Origin: Candidatus Bathyarchaeota archaeon
GTDB lineage: Archaea; Thermoproteota; Bathyarchaeia; Bathyarchaeales; Bathyarchaeaceae
Direction: 5' to 3'
Length of the DNA stretch: 64,000 bases
Assembly: GCA_030608565.1 (NCBI GenBank)
Contig: JAUWDY010000001.1
Location: 104,238-168,237, forward strand
Within the stretch, counting starts at the first letter, position 1. Each line of letters starts with the position of its first letter. Shown piece after piece: positions 29,858 through 38,229 of this stretch. The position numbers and the translations under genes are program-made. The notes under the pieces were generated by a model. That model had not been told where the DNA came from. It made no database searches and saw nothing but the letters and a program-made list of their open reading frames with translations.

Positions 29858-30139
29858 TTACCAACGCCTCCTGATTCGCTTCTTGATTCGATTTTCGGGT
29901 CGTCCAACGATAATCTTTCCATCTATCTCTATAACTGTTCCGTCGGGCATGGTGAAATGAAAGACAGCCATGTTCTTGATAATTATTGTTTTCTTGTTGT
30001 TATGTAGTATTACCAACGTGTTTCGAGTCTCGTTGAGTACTTTGCCTTTTATGCCCACGTAGCTAGAATGTAGGCTTCTTACAACCTCAGCGTTAAGCCC
30101 GATAAACTCGTGTTGAAGTGTGGTGGGTGTGATTTTCAT
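29858..30139 (-). CDS. rnp1: Ribonuclease P protein component 1 (Rpp29/Pop4)
   Basis: HEFIGLNAEVVRSLHSSYVGIKGKVLNETRNTLVI; canonical position between L29 and S17. Confidence 0.92.
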   Translation of the reverse strand: MKITPTTLQHEFIGLNAEVVRSLHSSYVGIKGKVLNETRNTLVILHNNKKTIIIKNMAVFHFTMPDGTVIEIDGKIIVGRPENRIKKRIRRRW

Positions 30140-30354
30140 TTTTTCTTCTTCTCCACCTGTATTTCTTCGTTTTCAACTGTGAGAATGCGCGCGATTGTTT
30201 TGCGGAGTTCTCGTATCCGAGAAGGGTTGTCAAGAGAACCTCCTGCTTTGACCATTGTTTTCAATCTGACGAGTTCGGTTCGCAGTTCAATGATCTTTTT
30301 TTTGCGGTCCTCAGAAGACATTGTTCGGATGTCTTTCATCCTTATGATCGGCAT
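30136..30354 (-). CDS. rpl29p: Ribosomal protein L29 (uL29)
   Basis: IRTMSSEDRKKKIIELRTELVRLKTMVKAGG. Confidence 0.92.
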   Translation of the reverse strand: MPIIRMKDIRTMSSEDRKKKIIELRTELVRLKTMVKAGGSLDNPSRIRELRKTIARILTVENEEIQVEKKKK

Positions 30355-30355
30355 G

Positions 30356-31006
30356 TTATTCTTCAGCCTCCGCGGTTTCTTTTTCAGTCTTCTTCATCGC
30401 CTCTTCTGTGGGTTTTTCAATAATTTGCACTTGGTCTGGAAACCTTGCGTCTGGGGGCATGATTTGCACTCTGACTCCAAGAATGCCTGGTTTTAATTGA
30501 ACGGGTAATACTGCTTTTCGCATGTATTTTCTTGCAGCGTCTCCGCTTTTAGGTAGGTATCCTGAGCGAAACTTTTCGTATCGAGAGCGGTCTGTTCTTA
30601 GTTTTCCGCTTATAACAATCTCTACGCCTAGTGCTCCTGCTTCCATGATTTGGTTTAATGCCCAGAAGCCTGCTCTTCGAAAGTGTACGCCGCGTTTTAG
30701 GGCTGAGGTGATGCGGGATGCTACGATGCGTGCGTTGAGTTCTGGGATTTCGATTTCGGCTACGGAGATTTGTGGGTTGGGCATTTTGAATTTTTCTTCT
30801 AGTGTTTTTGCGAGGTTCTTTATGGTTTCTCCGCCTCTTCCGATGACTAGTCCGGGGCGCATTGTGTAGATTACTACGTGTGTGCCTAGTGGGGTGTTTG
30901 TGATGTCTACGCCGCCGTATCCTGCTCTTTCGAATTCTTGTTGTAGGAATTCGTCGATTTCTGTTTTTTTTATGGCTTCGGTTATGAAGTGTTTGACTGT
31001 TGACGT
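30356..31006 (-). CDS. rps3p: Ribosomal protein S3 (uS3); apparent ACG start
   Basis: Frame extends upstream of the track Met: (ACG)STVKHFITEAIKKTEIDEFLQQEFERAGYGGVDITNTPLGTHVVIYTMRPGLVIGRGG; GGAGG lies upstream; no in-frame NTG. Confidence 0.9.
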   Translation of the reverse strand, partial: TSTVKHFITEAIKKTEIDEFLQQEFERAGYGGVDITNTPLGTHVVIYTMRPGLVIGRGGETIKNLAKTLEEKFKMPNPQISVAEIEIPELNARIVASRITSALKRGVHFRRAGFWALNQIMEAGALGVEIVISGKLRTDRSRYEKFRSGYLPKSGDAARKYMRKAVLPVQLKPGILGVRVQIMPPDARFPDQVQIIEKPTEEAMKKTEKETAEAEE

Positions 31007-31007
31007 T

Positions 31008-31481
31008 TTATGCTTCCTCCTTTGTTTGCTCTAGGATTAGTTCGACGTGGCAGAGTGTTTCGAAGTGTGGTGTCATTCGTCCGAAGGCTCTTGGTCTGTA
31101 TCTTTTGATTTTCATTCCTGGGTAGGCTGATGCGTGTATTATTCGTAGGTTTTCTGTGTCTAGTCCTTTGAATTCGGCGTTTGTTTCGGCTTCTTCCAGT
31201 TTTTTCAGGATTTTTTGTGCGGCTTTTTGAGGGTATTTGCCTGCGGCTATTTTTTGTAGTCCGCGTCTGTGTGGTTGTTTCTTTTTGTGTTTGCGGAATG
31301 GTACGGGTTTTTCTATTTTGATGACTTGTTGAAGGTAGGTTTTTGCCTGATCAAGCTTCATTCCTTTTATCGTCGTGCATATTTCTGTTGCGTGTTTTGG
31401 GGATACTCTAATTTCGCGTGCGCTGGCTTTCGCTGTTTTTTCTGGGTCTATGTCCGTTTTTGAGTATCCCCAATGTGGCAT
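31008..31481 (-). CDS. rpl22p: Ribosomal protein L22 (uL22)
   Basis: TAKASAREIRVSPKHATEICTTIKGMKL; RAFGRMTPHFETLCHVELIL. Confidence 0.93.
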   Translation of the reverse strand: MPHWGYSKTDIDPEKTAKASAREIRVSPKHATEICTTIKGMKLDQAKTYLQQVIKIEKPVPFRKHKKKQPHRRGLQKIAAGKYPQKAAQKILKKLEEAETNAEFKGLDTENLRIIHASAYPGMKIKRYRPRAFGRMTPHFETLCHVELILEQTKEEA

Positions 31482-31578
31482 TTTGTCTGTCTTTCCTTCT
31501 TTTTGTTAATGTGCTGAATCAACTGGGGTTGCGTTGTTTATATGCTTTATTATTTCCGTGGTGTTTTTGAAGAGTGGC

Positions 31579-31714
31579 TTTTTGTTATGTTATTTGCGCG
31601 TGTCTCTCTCTTATTAGACCCCCTACCTAGGGGGGGGTCATGGCTTGTGTCAGGGTTACTTTTAGGTTGTGTTTTGTTTCTAAGTCTAGTGAAAACTCTG
31701 TTTACGCTTTGATT
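31579..31714. repeat. Inverted repeat copy B (core 31638-31702)
   Basis: Reverse complement of copy A at 23 kb, including the C/G-run palindrome and the TCTAATAAGAGAGAGACAC block. Confidence 0.93.
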
Positions 31715-32002
31715 GTGTGAGAACTGAATGTTGTTTGTTGTTGATGCTATGAGCGTTATGAATGTGTTAGAACGTCGGATGACGCGGTGAAGAGCTTCAG
31801 TTGTCTGTTCTGTCTACGAAATACTTATTTGTATTAGTTTTGTGTGTGTGCTTATTCTAGACCTGGTCTCTGAGAGCTCTAGATACGCCAACGACAAATA
31901 CTGAGGTTGGGTTTGAACCCACACAATTCCGATGACAGGGAATTAGATCAGTTAAGTGACAGTTTTCTAACCAAAAACAAACACATGGTTGTAACTGTAG
32001 GC

Positions 32003-32710
32003 TCATCGTACGGGCACCCAAACCTTCGAAACGTTCTTTCCACGTATAACAAAAGAGAGATAGTTGGCAAGCCATATGCCGACAACCCTGAAAAGTCCAA
32101 GTTTTCGAAACCGCCTTAACGACTCGTACACGGTTAGGTCCTTAATAAACACGAATCTTCCTCTTTTTGAGAGTCGAAACGCAAGTTCATGGTCCTCAGT
32201 GCACGGTAGACTTTCGTCAAATCCGTTGACTTTGAAAAACTCGCTTCTTCTGGCTACAAAAAATTCTCCACGGCAGTGAGGTTTGAACCTAGCCAAGATT
32301 CGGGTAAGAGAGTTATGAAGGTGAAAGAAAACTTTTTCATGAAATCTTGGTTTTACGGGCATAATGGAACATGTGGCACCTACAACCGTAGAGTCACTAA
32401 ACGTTTCCAGCACCTTTTCCACGAAATCAGCGGTGGTAATCACGTCTGCATCAAGGAAAACAAGAACGTCTCCGCATGCTCGTTTGGCCCCATAATTTCT
32501 TGCCCTAGCTATCCCTCGTTCTCGCAGTACGTACACCTTATTCGTGAAGCGTCTTGCAACTTCAACGGTTTTATCTTCGCTTCCTCCGTCAACCACTATG
32601 ATCTCGATGAGATGATCTATGTTAACCAGCCTAGACAATGTTGTGGCTATGTATTTTCCCTCTTGAAAAGCGGGAATGACCACCGAGACAGTTCGAACTT
32701 TTGTTTTCAC
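32003..32710 (-). CDS. Family 2 glycosyltransferase
   Basis: SVVIPAFQEGKYIATTLSRL, DVLVFLDADV. Confidence 0.88.
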   Translation of the reverse strand: MKTKVRTVSVVIPAFQEGKYIATTLSRLVNIDHLIEIIVVDGGSEDKTVEVARRFTNKVYVLRERGIARARNYGAKRACGDVLVFLDADVITTADFVEKVLETFSDSTVVGATCSIMPVKPRFHEKVFFHLHNSLTRILARFKPHCRGEFFVARRSEFFKVNGFDESLPCTEDHELAFRLSKRGRFVFIKDLTVYESLRRFRKLGLFRVVGIWLANYLSFVIRGKNVSKVWVPVR

Positions 32711-32795
32711 AAGTCTCCCTGCGCAATTTTTTCTTTGAATGTTGATAACATTAACCTACCGAGTATCTTGTTTCACATATTCTTTTTGCGTTCCA

Positions 32796-33536
32796 TTATC
32801 GTATGGGCGTCCATTCATGCGATGTCACACCATAGACTAGAAATATTAGATAATTTTTGATCCATGCCCGGAATAGCTTGAATAATCCTACTTGCCTTTG
32901 GCGTCTCATCGATTCATGGACGGACAAGTTGTTGATGAAAACGAATTTTCCGCGTTTAGATAATTGGTATATTAAATCGGAATCTTCTGATGTTGTTGTG
33001 GCTTCATTGAACCCGCCGATTTTTTTGAATATTTCTTTTCTCACGGCAATGAACGCTCCGCTTGGATAGAACTTAAATCTTGTCGGTGGCAAAACGTTCA
33101 TGGAAAATCGGATACACGTGTTCAAAATTTTGAAAAAAATTGATTCAGATAATTTAGGGTTTAGAGGCATATTGTTACAGGTTGCACCGACGACATTGGG
33201 GCAAGCAAAAATATTGTTGATTGCCTTTATGAGGTATGGTGGAACGATAACGCTTGCATCAATAAACAGTATGATATCTCCTCCAGTGTGAGCTGCACCA
33301 TAATTTCTAGCCTTGGACACCCCTTTTTCCTTTAAAACGTATACCTTATCCACATAACGTTTAGCGGTTTCAACAGTTTTATCAGTGCTTTCTCCATCCA
33401 CCATTATGATTTCCATGTTTGGATCGGCTCTGAGCAAACTGGCTAACGTCGCACCAATGAATTTCTCCTCTTGGAAGGTGGGGATAACCACAGAAATCAT
33501 CTTCTTTCCTCTTATGTGGATCTTGAGGGTTCTCAT
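32796..33536 (-). CDS. Family 2 glycosyltransferase (paralogue of the neighbouring gene)
   Basis: SVVIPTFQEEKFIGATLASLL, IILFIDASV; similar throughout to 32003..32710. Confidence 0.88.
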   Translation of the reverse strand: MRTLKIHIRGKKMISVVIPTFQEEKFIGATLASLLRADPNMEIIMVDGESTDKTVETAKRYVDKVYVLKEKGVSKARNYGAAHTGGDIILFIDASVIVPPYLIKAINNIFACPNVVGATCNNMPLNPKLSESIFFKILNTCIRFSMNVLPPTRFKFYPSGAFIAVRKEIFKKIGGFNEATTTSEDSDLIYQLSKRGKFVFINNLSVHESMRRQRQVGLFKLFRAWIKNYLIFLVYGVTSHEWTPIR

Positions 33537-33692
33537 TTGTCCCCCTTTTCTTCTACTTTCGAACCAAGCAATATCAATTTTTTGTTATGTTTCGTCAAAC
33601 GAATTTTAGAACAAAGACAATAGCATTCTTAAAAGGTTTAAATGATAAGAACAAGCCATTTGTGATACGTTCAAATTTGCCTTCGCAGGGGT

Positions 33693-34970
33693 GTGAGAAT
33701 GCGTAAATCAGCCTTTGTTGCATTGGCCGTAGCAATTTGTCTATGCACTGGGATTTTTGTTCCCATTCGTGAAGTAAACACTACAAGTGTTCCCAGCAAA
33801 GTGCGACTGTTTGACCCACGAACATTGTATATTCACGGATACTTAGTTTACAAATACAATTGTCCAACGCCTGCTTCAATTCCGATTCCAGTTTTTGTAG
33901 AGGTTTGGACGAACAACTTTTGGTCAGACGTAAGGATTTTGCAAACTACGTCAAGTTCTGGTGGGCGGACGTTAGGAGTCGGTTACGTAAAACACAATGT
34001 TACTAGTGGAAAATACGATTTGACAGAAAGGGAAGATTACAATTCAATTTATGGTGCGCAGTTTAATTCCACCGATGTTAAGCCGTATCAGGAAATCAGA
34101 ACGGACGTTTGGATCAAGCTTTCCATATCAAAAGTTGATATGACGGATATATTGAATGAGACTGTGGGGGATATTTTTGAGGCAAGTAGTCAACTTGGTG
34201 CTGACTATGGAACGTATGTAAACAAAACATACTACTGGGATTACGGCAACGCAAGTGTTCAAGACGTGATTCAAGAGATTAACCAAACAGCTGGTGGACC
34301 CAACGTGTATGACATAGTCTACGCGACAATAGACTGGTTTTCCACTCATATGGTCTACAGGGAGCACGAGGATTACCCTGATCAGAGGTTGAAAGCCAGC
34401 CGGATACTGAACGAAACCATTGAGGTTACGGGTGATGGAGAAAAGCGATATGGCGTCTGTAGACATTTTGCCGAGGTTTTTGTTGCGATTATGCGGGGAT
34501 TTGGGATTCCTTGTAACCTTTTTAATGGGTTGGTTTTTTCCGACATGGGTGGAACTGTTGGTGTTATCTTTGGTGGCGGTCACGCGTGGTGTGAGGTGTA
34601 CATGCCCAATGTAGGATGGGTTCCGTTAGAGGTTACGATTTCTGACAGATATATTCGGGACATCGTTCGGGTCGGTCTCATTTCTCCATACTATTATCTT
34701 CCCATATACAAGGAATTTACAAACTCAGAGCCCGAGGAGACGGAAGAACAGGGAGAACCCAAAGAACCCTATGAATATCTTATCGCTGCCTACTGGGGCT
34801 GGGGGGTGGGCGAGGTTCCTATACTAACGCTTGAAGGCTTAATTCACACCGTAGTTTCGATGCCTATTATCAATTGGATTCTGCTGGTGGCAGTCATAGT
34901 CTTAATAGTCAACAGCATCATGGTGAGAAGGAAAATCAAAGCGTTAACTGAACGTACTCTCCTCGTCTAA
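33693..34970 (+). CDS. Secreted/membrane-anchored transglutaminase-like protein
   Basis: Signal peptide; YGVCRHFAEVFVAIMRGFGIPCNLFNGLVF...GGHAWCEVYMPNVGWVPLE (Cys-His-Asp core); C-terminal TM. Confidence 0.85.
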   Translation: MRMRKSAFVALAVAICLCTGIFVPIREVNTTSVPSKVRLFDPRTLYIHGYLVYKYNCPTPASIPIPVFVEVWTNNFWSDVRILQTTSSSGGRTLGVGYVKHNVTSGKYDLTEREDYNSIYGAQFNSTDVKPYQEIRTDVWIKLSISKVDMTDILNETVGDIFEASSQLGADYGTYVNKTYYWDYGNASVQDVIQEINQTAGGPNVYDIVYATIDWFSTHMVYREHEDYPDQRLKASRILNETIEVTGDGEKRYGVCRHFAEVFVAIMRGFGIPCNLFNGLVFSDMGGTVGVIFGGGHAWCEVYMPNVGWVPLEVTISDRYIRDIVRVGLISPYYYLPIYKEFTNSEPEETEEQGEPKEPYEYLIAAYWGWGVGEVPILTLEGLIHTVVSMPIINWILLVAVIVLIVNSIMVRRKIKALTERTLLV

Positions 34971-35729
34971 ACTCAGTAACACAATACTTTTGGCTTTGTA
35001 TACTGGAACAACTGGATAAGCATTAAGCTGACAGCAAAACTTCACATCTTCTTCATGCCCTATGTCTTTAAGATATCGTGCGTGGCTTCCACGTTGAATA
35101 ATCTTAGTTAACTGTCTACACGATTGTTGAAAAGTTAATGACGCCGCTAAAACAGCATCTGAACATTCAATTTTGTCGGCTGGTATGTTCTCCACGATTG
35201 CCCCTGCACACATGAAGTCTTCTAGCGAAAACCGTCCACGCGCCCCTGAAAGCACAAAAGAAATCCCAACCGTTTCTTTTTCAGCAATTTCAAAAGCGGT
35301 CTTGGCAACAGCCTCAGCATTAAAGAAGGCTCCGATCAGCACCCACCTTGCATTTTTGGATAAGCAGATAGCCTTTGTCCCACTTGTAGTGGTCAAAACT
35401 ACATGCTTTTCTTTCACAATGTTAGAAGAAAATTCGAGCGGCGAGTTTCCTAAATCGAATCCTTTGGGCTTTATTGCTTTTCTTTCGCCAGCTAGCAAAA
35501 ACTCGGGATGTTTCTTATGAAGTGCTTGGGCTTCTTTGATGGTTTTTGTTGGAATCACCTCTTTAGCGCCGTTCGCTAACGCCGTGACAATGGTGGAGCA
35601 GCACCTCAAAACGTCAATGACAACAAGCACGTCTCCTCTGCTTACTGCTTTCACAGCATCCTTTGCACTCAGTTCTAGGCTTACTGGCACTTTTTCTTGA
35701 GTCAGGGTTTGCGTTTTTGTCTTCTTCAT
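34944..35729 (-). CDS. comB: 2-phosphosulfolactate phosphatase family protein (ComB)
   Basis: VVIDVLRCCSTIVTAL, LAGERKAIKPKGFDLGNSPLEF, TTTSGTKAI. Confidence 0.8.
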   Translation of the reverse strand: MKKTKTQTLTQEKVPVSLELSAKDAVKAVSRGDVLVVIDVLRCCSTIVTALANGAKEVIPTKTIKEAQALHKKHPEFLLAGERKAIKPKGFDLGNSPLEFSSNIVKEKHVVLTTTSGTKAICLSKNARWVLIGAFFNAEAVAKTAFEIAEKETVGISFVLSGARGRFSLEDFMCAGAIVENIPADKIECSDAVLAASLTFQQSCRQLTKIIQRGSHARYLKDIGHEEDVKFCCQLNAYPVVPVYKAKSIVLLSLDEESTFS

Positions 35730-36751
35730 CTATAATGCTTTCCCAGGATTCCCCAGATTTCTTCTTTTATAGGCTTAGAAAGGCTAAGCGTTGTTCCGTC
35801 TCTTCGAAAAATACAGGATTTATCTTTCTTGTCTCTCACTTTTCCAATGATGGACGCTTGAATACCTTTTTTCTGAAGAGCGACCACTATTTCTTTAGCC
35901 TTGTCTGGGTGCGCAGAAATTATCAGTGATCCGGAGCCGATGGTTTTAAGGGGATCTATGTTTAGGGTTCTGCAAATCGCCTCCGTCTCTCTGTAGACGG
36001 GTATTTTCTCCTCGTAGGCTTGGACGCTTACATCGGAGGCCCATGCGATTTCCTGTAGTCCTCCTGCAACTCCTCCCTCTGTAGCGTCATGCATCGCGTG
36101 AACTCCTCCAGCTTTGACTGCAGTTAAGGCGTCTTTTACCACGCTGATCTTTTTGATGAATTTTTGGGCGTTCTCAACAATTCCTGAGTTGATCTTTATT
36201 TGGAGCGATTCAGCTAATTCGCTTGATAGGATGGCTGTTCCTTCGATGGCTGCGCCCTTAGTTATAATCACATGGTCGCCGACTTTTGCTCCGCTTGATT
36301 GCACAAGCTTTCCCTTTTCTGTTTCGCCCATGGCGGTTGCAACTATGATTGGTCTTTTGATGCCAGGCGTGACTTCGCTGTGTCCGCCTACAATAGCGAT
36401 GCCTAACTCCTTTGCTGCAGTGTCAATTTGCTGAGTTATATGCTTCAGCTTTGCAGTGTCCATGTTGTTTGGCAGAAGAAGCACAATGAGCATCCAAAGT
36501 GGTTTAACTCCGCGAGTTGCGATGTCGTTGACGACAATGTTGACAGCCAACCAGCCGATGTTTTCCACAGCGCCAGTTATCGGGTCAGAGTGAACAACAA
36601 GAACCTTGTCCTTAAAATCAATCACCGAAGCGTCTTCTCCAATACTTGGACCAAGAATCACACGAGAGTTAGCCGCTCCTAAACAGCTGAAAACAAGTTG
36701 CTTCAGCATGTCTGGTTCAAGCTTTCCAACCGACAGTAATTGCTTAGTCAT
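35726..36751 (-). CDS. AIR synthase-related protein (PurM/HypE/ThiL superfamily)
   Basis: GPSIGEDASVIDF, DPITG, NIVVNDIATRGVKP, HDATEGGVAGGLQEIA. Confidence 0.83.
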   Translation of the reverse strand: MTKQLLSVGKLEPDMLKQLVFSCLGAANSRVILGPSIGEDASVIDFKDKVLVVHSDPITGAVENIGWLAVNIVVNDIATRGVKPLWMLIVLLLPNNMDTAKLKHITQQIDTAAKELGIAIVGGHSEVTPGIKRPIIVATAMGETEKGKLVQSSGAKVGDHVIITKGAAIEGTAILSSELAESLQIKINSGIVENAQKFIKKISVVKDALTAVKAGGVHAMHDATEGGVAGGLQEIAWASDVSVQAYEEKIPVYRETEAICRTLNIDPLKTIGSGSLIISAHPDKAKEIVVALQKKGIQASIIGKVRDKKDKSCIFRRDGTTLSLSKPIKEEIWGILGKHYR

Positions 36752-36821
36752 ATTTAACCTCCAATGTTAATGTTAACCATTGCTTTTGTAACTTAAAAAT
36801 TGAACATCTTAAGATAGCCTT

Positions 36822-37583
36822 TTAACCTTTGAGGGACGGTAAGGAACGCCATATTGCCCTCACTATTGGCAGAGCCACTATGAGACCAATTGTCATTTGA
36901 CCGATGTTCACTGGAATCTCAGCTGTTGCCAGAACATAATAGCCAAACAACGGACCGAGAAGAAACTGTTGATAAATGAAATAACCTATTACCATCACTG
37001 AACCCCCTATAAGTGTCGTGAGAATCAACCAACCAAATTCCGGTTCAAAAACAAGACCCATTAAACTGATTAACACTATTACTAAAACCCCTAGAGAGAA
37101 CCAAAATTCTGGTGGAATAAACAAAATTGCGGTGGGGTTTTCAGGTGGAGGGATGCCGAGAGAAAGTTCTACCGTGCCGCTATAATAAAGGGAACCGATT
37201 CCTCCCAATAAAACTCCTGCTATCAAACCAACAATGAATGTAAAGGCTTTCCACTGGAGTTTAGATCTAAACTTAATTCTTTTGCGACTGAGGATGCCAA
37301 CGATGCTCCCTTCGCATGCCTTTATGATAAGAGTTGCTGGCGCGTAATGTGGGTAGCCTAAAAGAATATCTGCGGACATAGAACCGACTCCTCCCGCGAA
37401 AGCACCGATAAATGGACCGAAAAGAAGGGCCGTAATGAACACCATGGTTTCGCCGATATTAAAGAAGCCTTTTGTGATCGGTACATAGATGGAGAAGACC
37501 ATAGTGGCTACACATACAAGCGATGTGAAAATGGCTGTGATAGCTAATCGGATTGGTCTTGACGCAAAGGTTCTTTGAGACAT
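36822..37583 (-). CDS. ECF-type transporter S component
   Basis: FNIGETMVFITALLFGPFIGAFAGGVGSMSADILLGYPHYAPATLIIKACEGSIVG. Confidence 0.8.
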   Translation of the reverse strand: MSQRTFASRPIRLAITAIFTSLVCVATMVFSIYVPITKGFFNIGETMVFITALLFGPFIGAFAGGVGSMSADILLGYPHYAPATLIIKACEGSIVGILSRKRIKFRSKLQWKAFTFIVGLIAGVLLGGIGSLYYSGTVELSLGIPPPENPTAILFIPPEFWFSLGVLVIVLISLMGLVFEPEFGWLILTTLIGGSVMVIGYFIYQQFLLGPLFGYYVLATAEIPVNIGQMTIGLIVALPIVRAIWRSLPSLKG

Positions 37584-38229
37584 ATGAATCAGCTATAGTA
37601 TAGTTGTAACTAGAATAAAAAATCCCGAAATTTATAAGTTGCGGTTGATAAAAAAGTTATTTGAAAACCTTTGATATTGAGAAACGTTGTAGAGCATAAG
37701 GAGTTGGATTCTTGCTAAGGCCATGCATGCACCATCTGGTATATACACTTAAAGCATGTATGCAAAGAAAAATCAGAGTTTATTATGAAAACCAATGTTG
37801 ACTGATAAATTGTATGCATGCATTCGAGACCGCCTTCGCTCGTAGTTGAGAGAGGGTATAACTAGCGCGGAATGAATGAAGCAGTTTATGTCGCGCGCTT
37901 GCGCGATTGCGAAGCCTCAAGCAACATCGCAAATTAACTCGGCATGGAACCAAATAAAAATGAAAGTTTACGAATCAGTCACACAAGACACAGATTGACC
38001 GTATTTCTTGTGGGTTGTCGATATCAGAGCATGTAGGAAACTGGGTCATAGAAAACACAGAGCCAATAGATCAAAGAGTGAAGAAAAGCAAAGGGCAACT
38101 AACAAGAATAACAATAAAAAATCTAAACAAAATCAAACTGGAAGAATGGCTAAACATGATAGGGATCACTAGTAAAACAGCGTTACTAAGTAGTTAGTGA
38201 TTTTTTACATTAAAGCCTTCTACAGAAGA

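Noticed and set aside
23506-31481. Numerous 60-120 aa opposite-strand ORFs across the ribosomal cluster
   Set aside because: Antisense to strongly conserved ribosomal genes with low-complexity translations; no independent coding signal.
32276-32320. T-arm-like AGGTTCAAACCT on the minus strand
   Set aside because: Lies inside the coding region of the 32003..32710 glycosyltransferase; no supporting arms, treated as chance.
38015-38197. 60-aa plus-strand ORF (MSISEHVGNWVIENTEPID...)
   Set aside because: Short, no recognisable motif or supporting context; insufficient evidence to call a gene.
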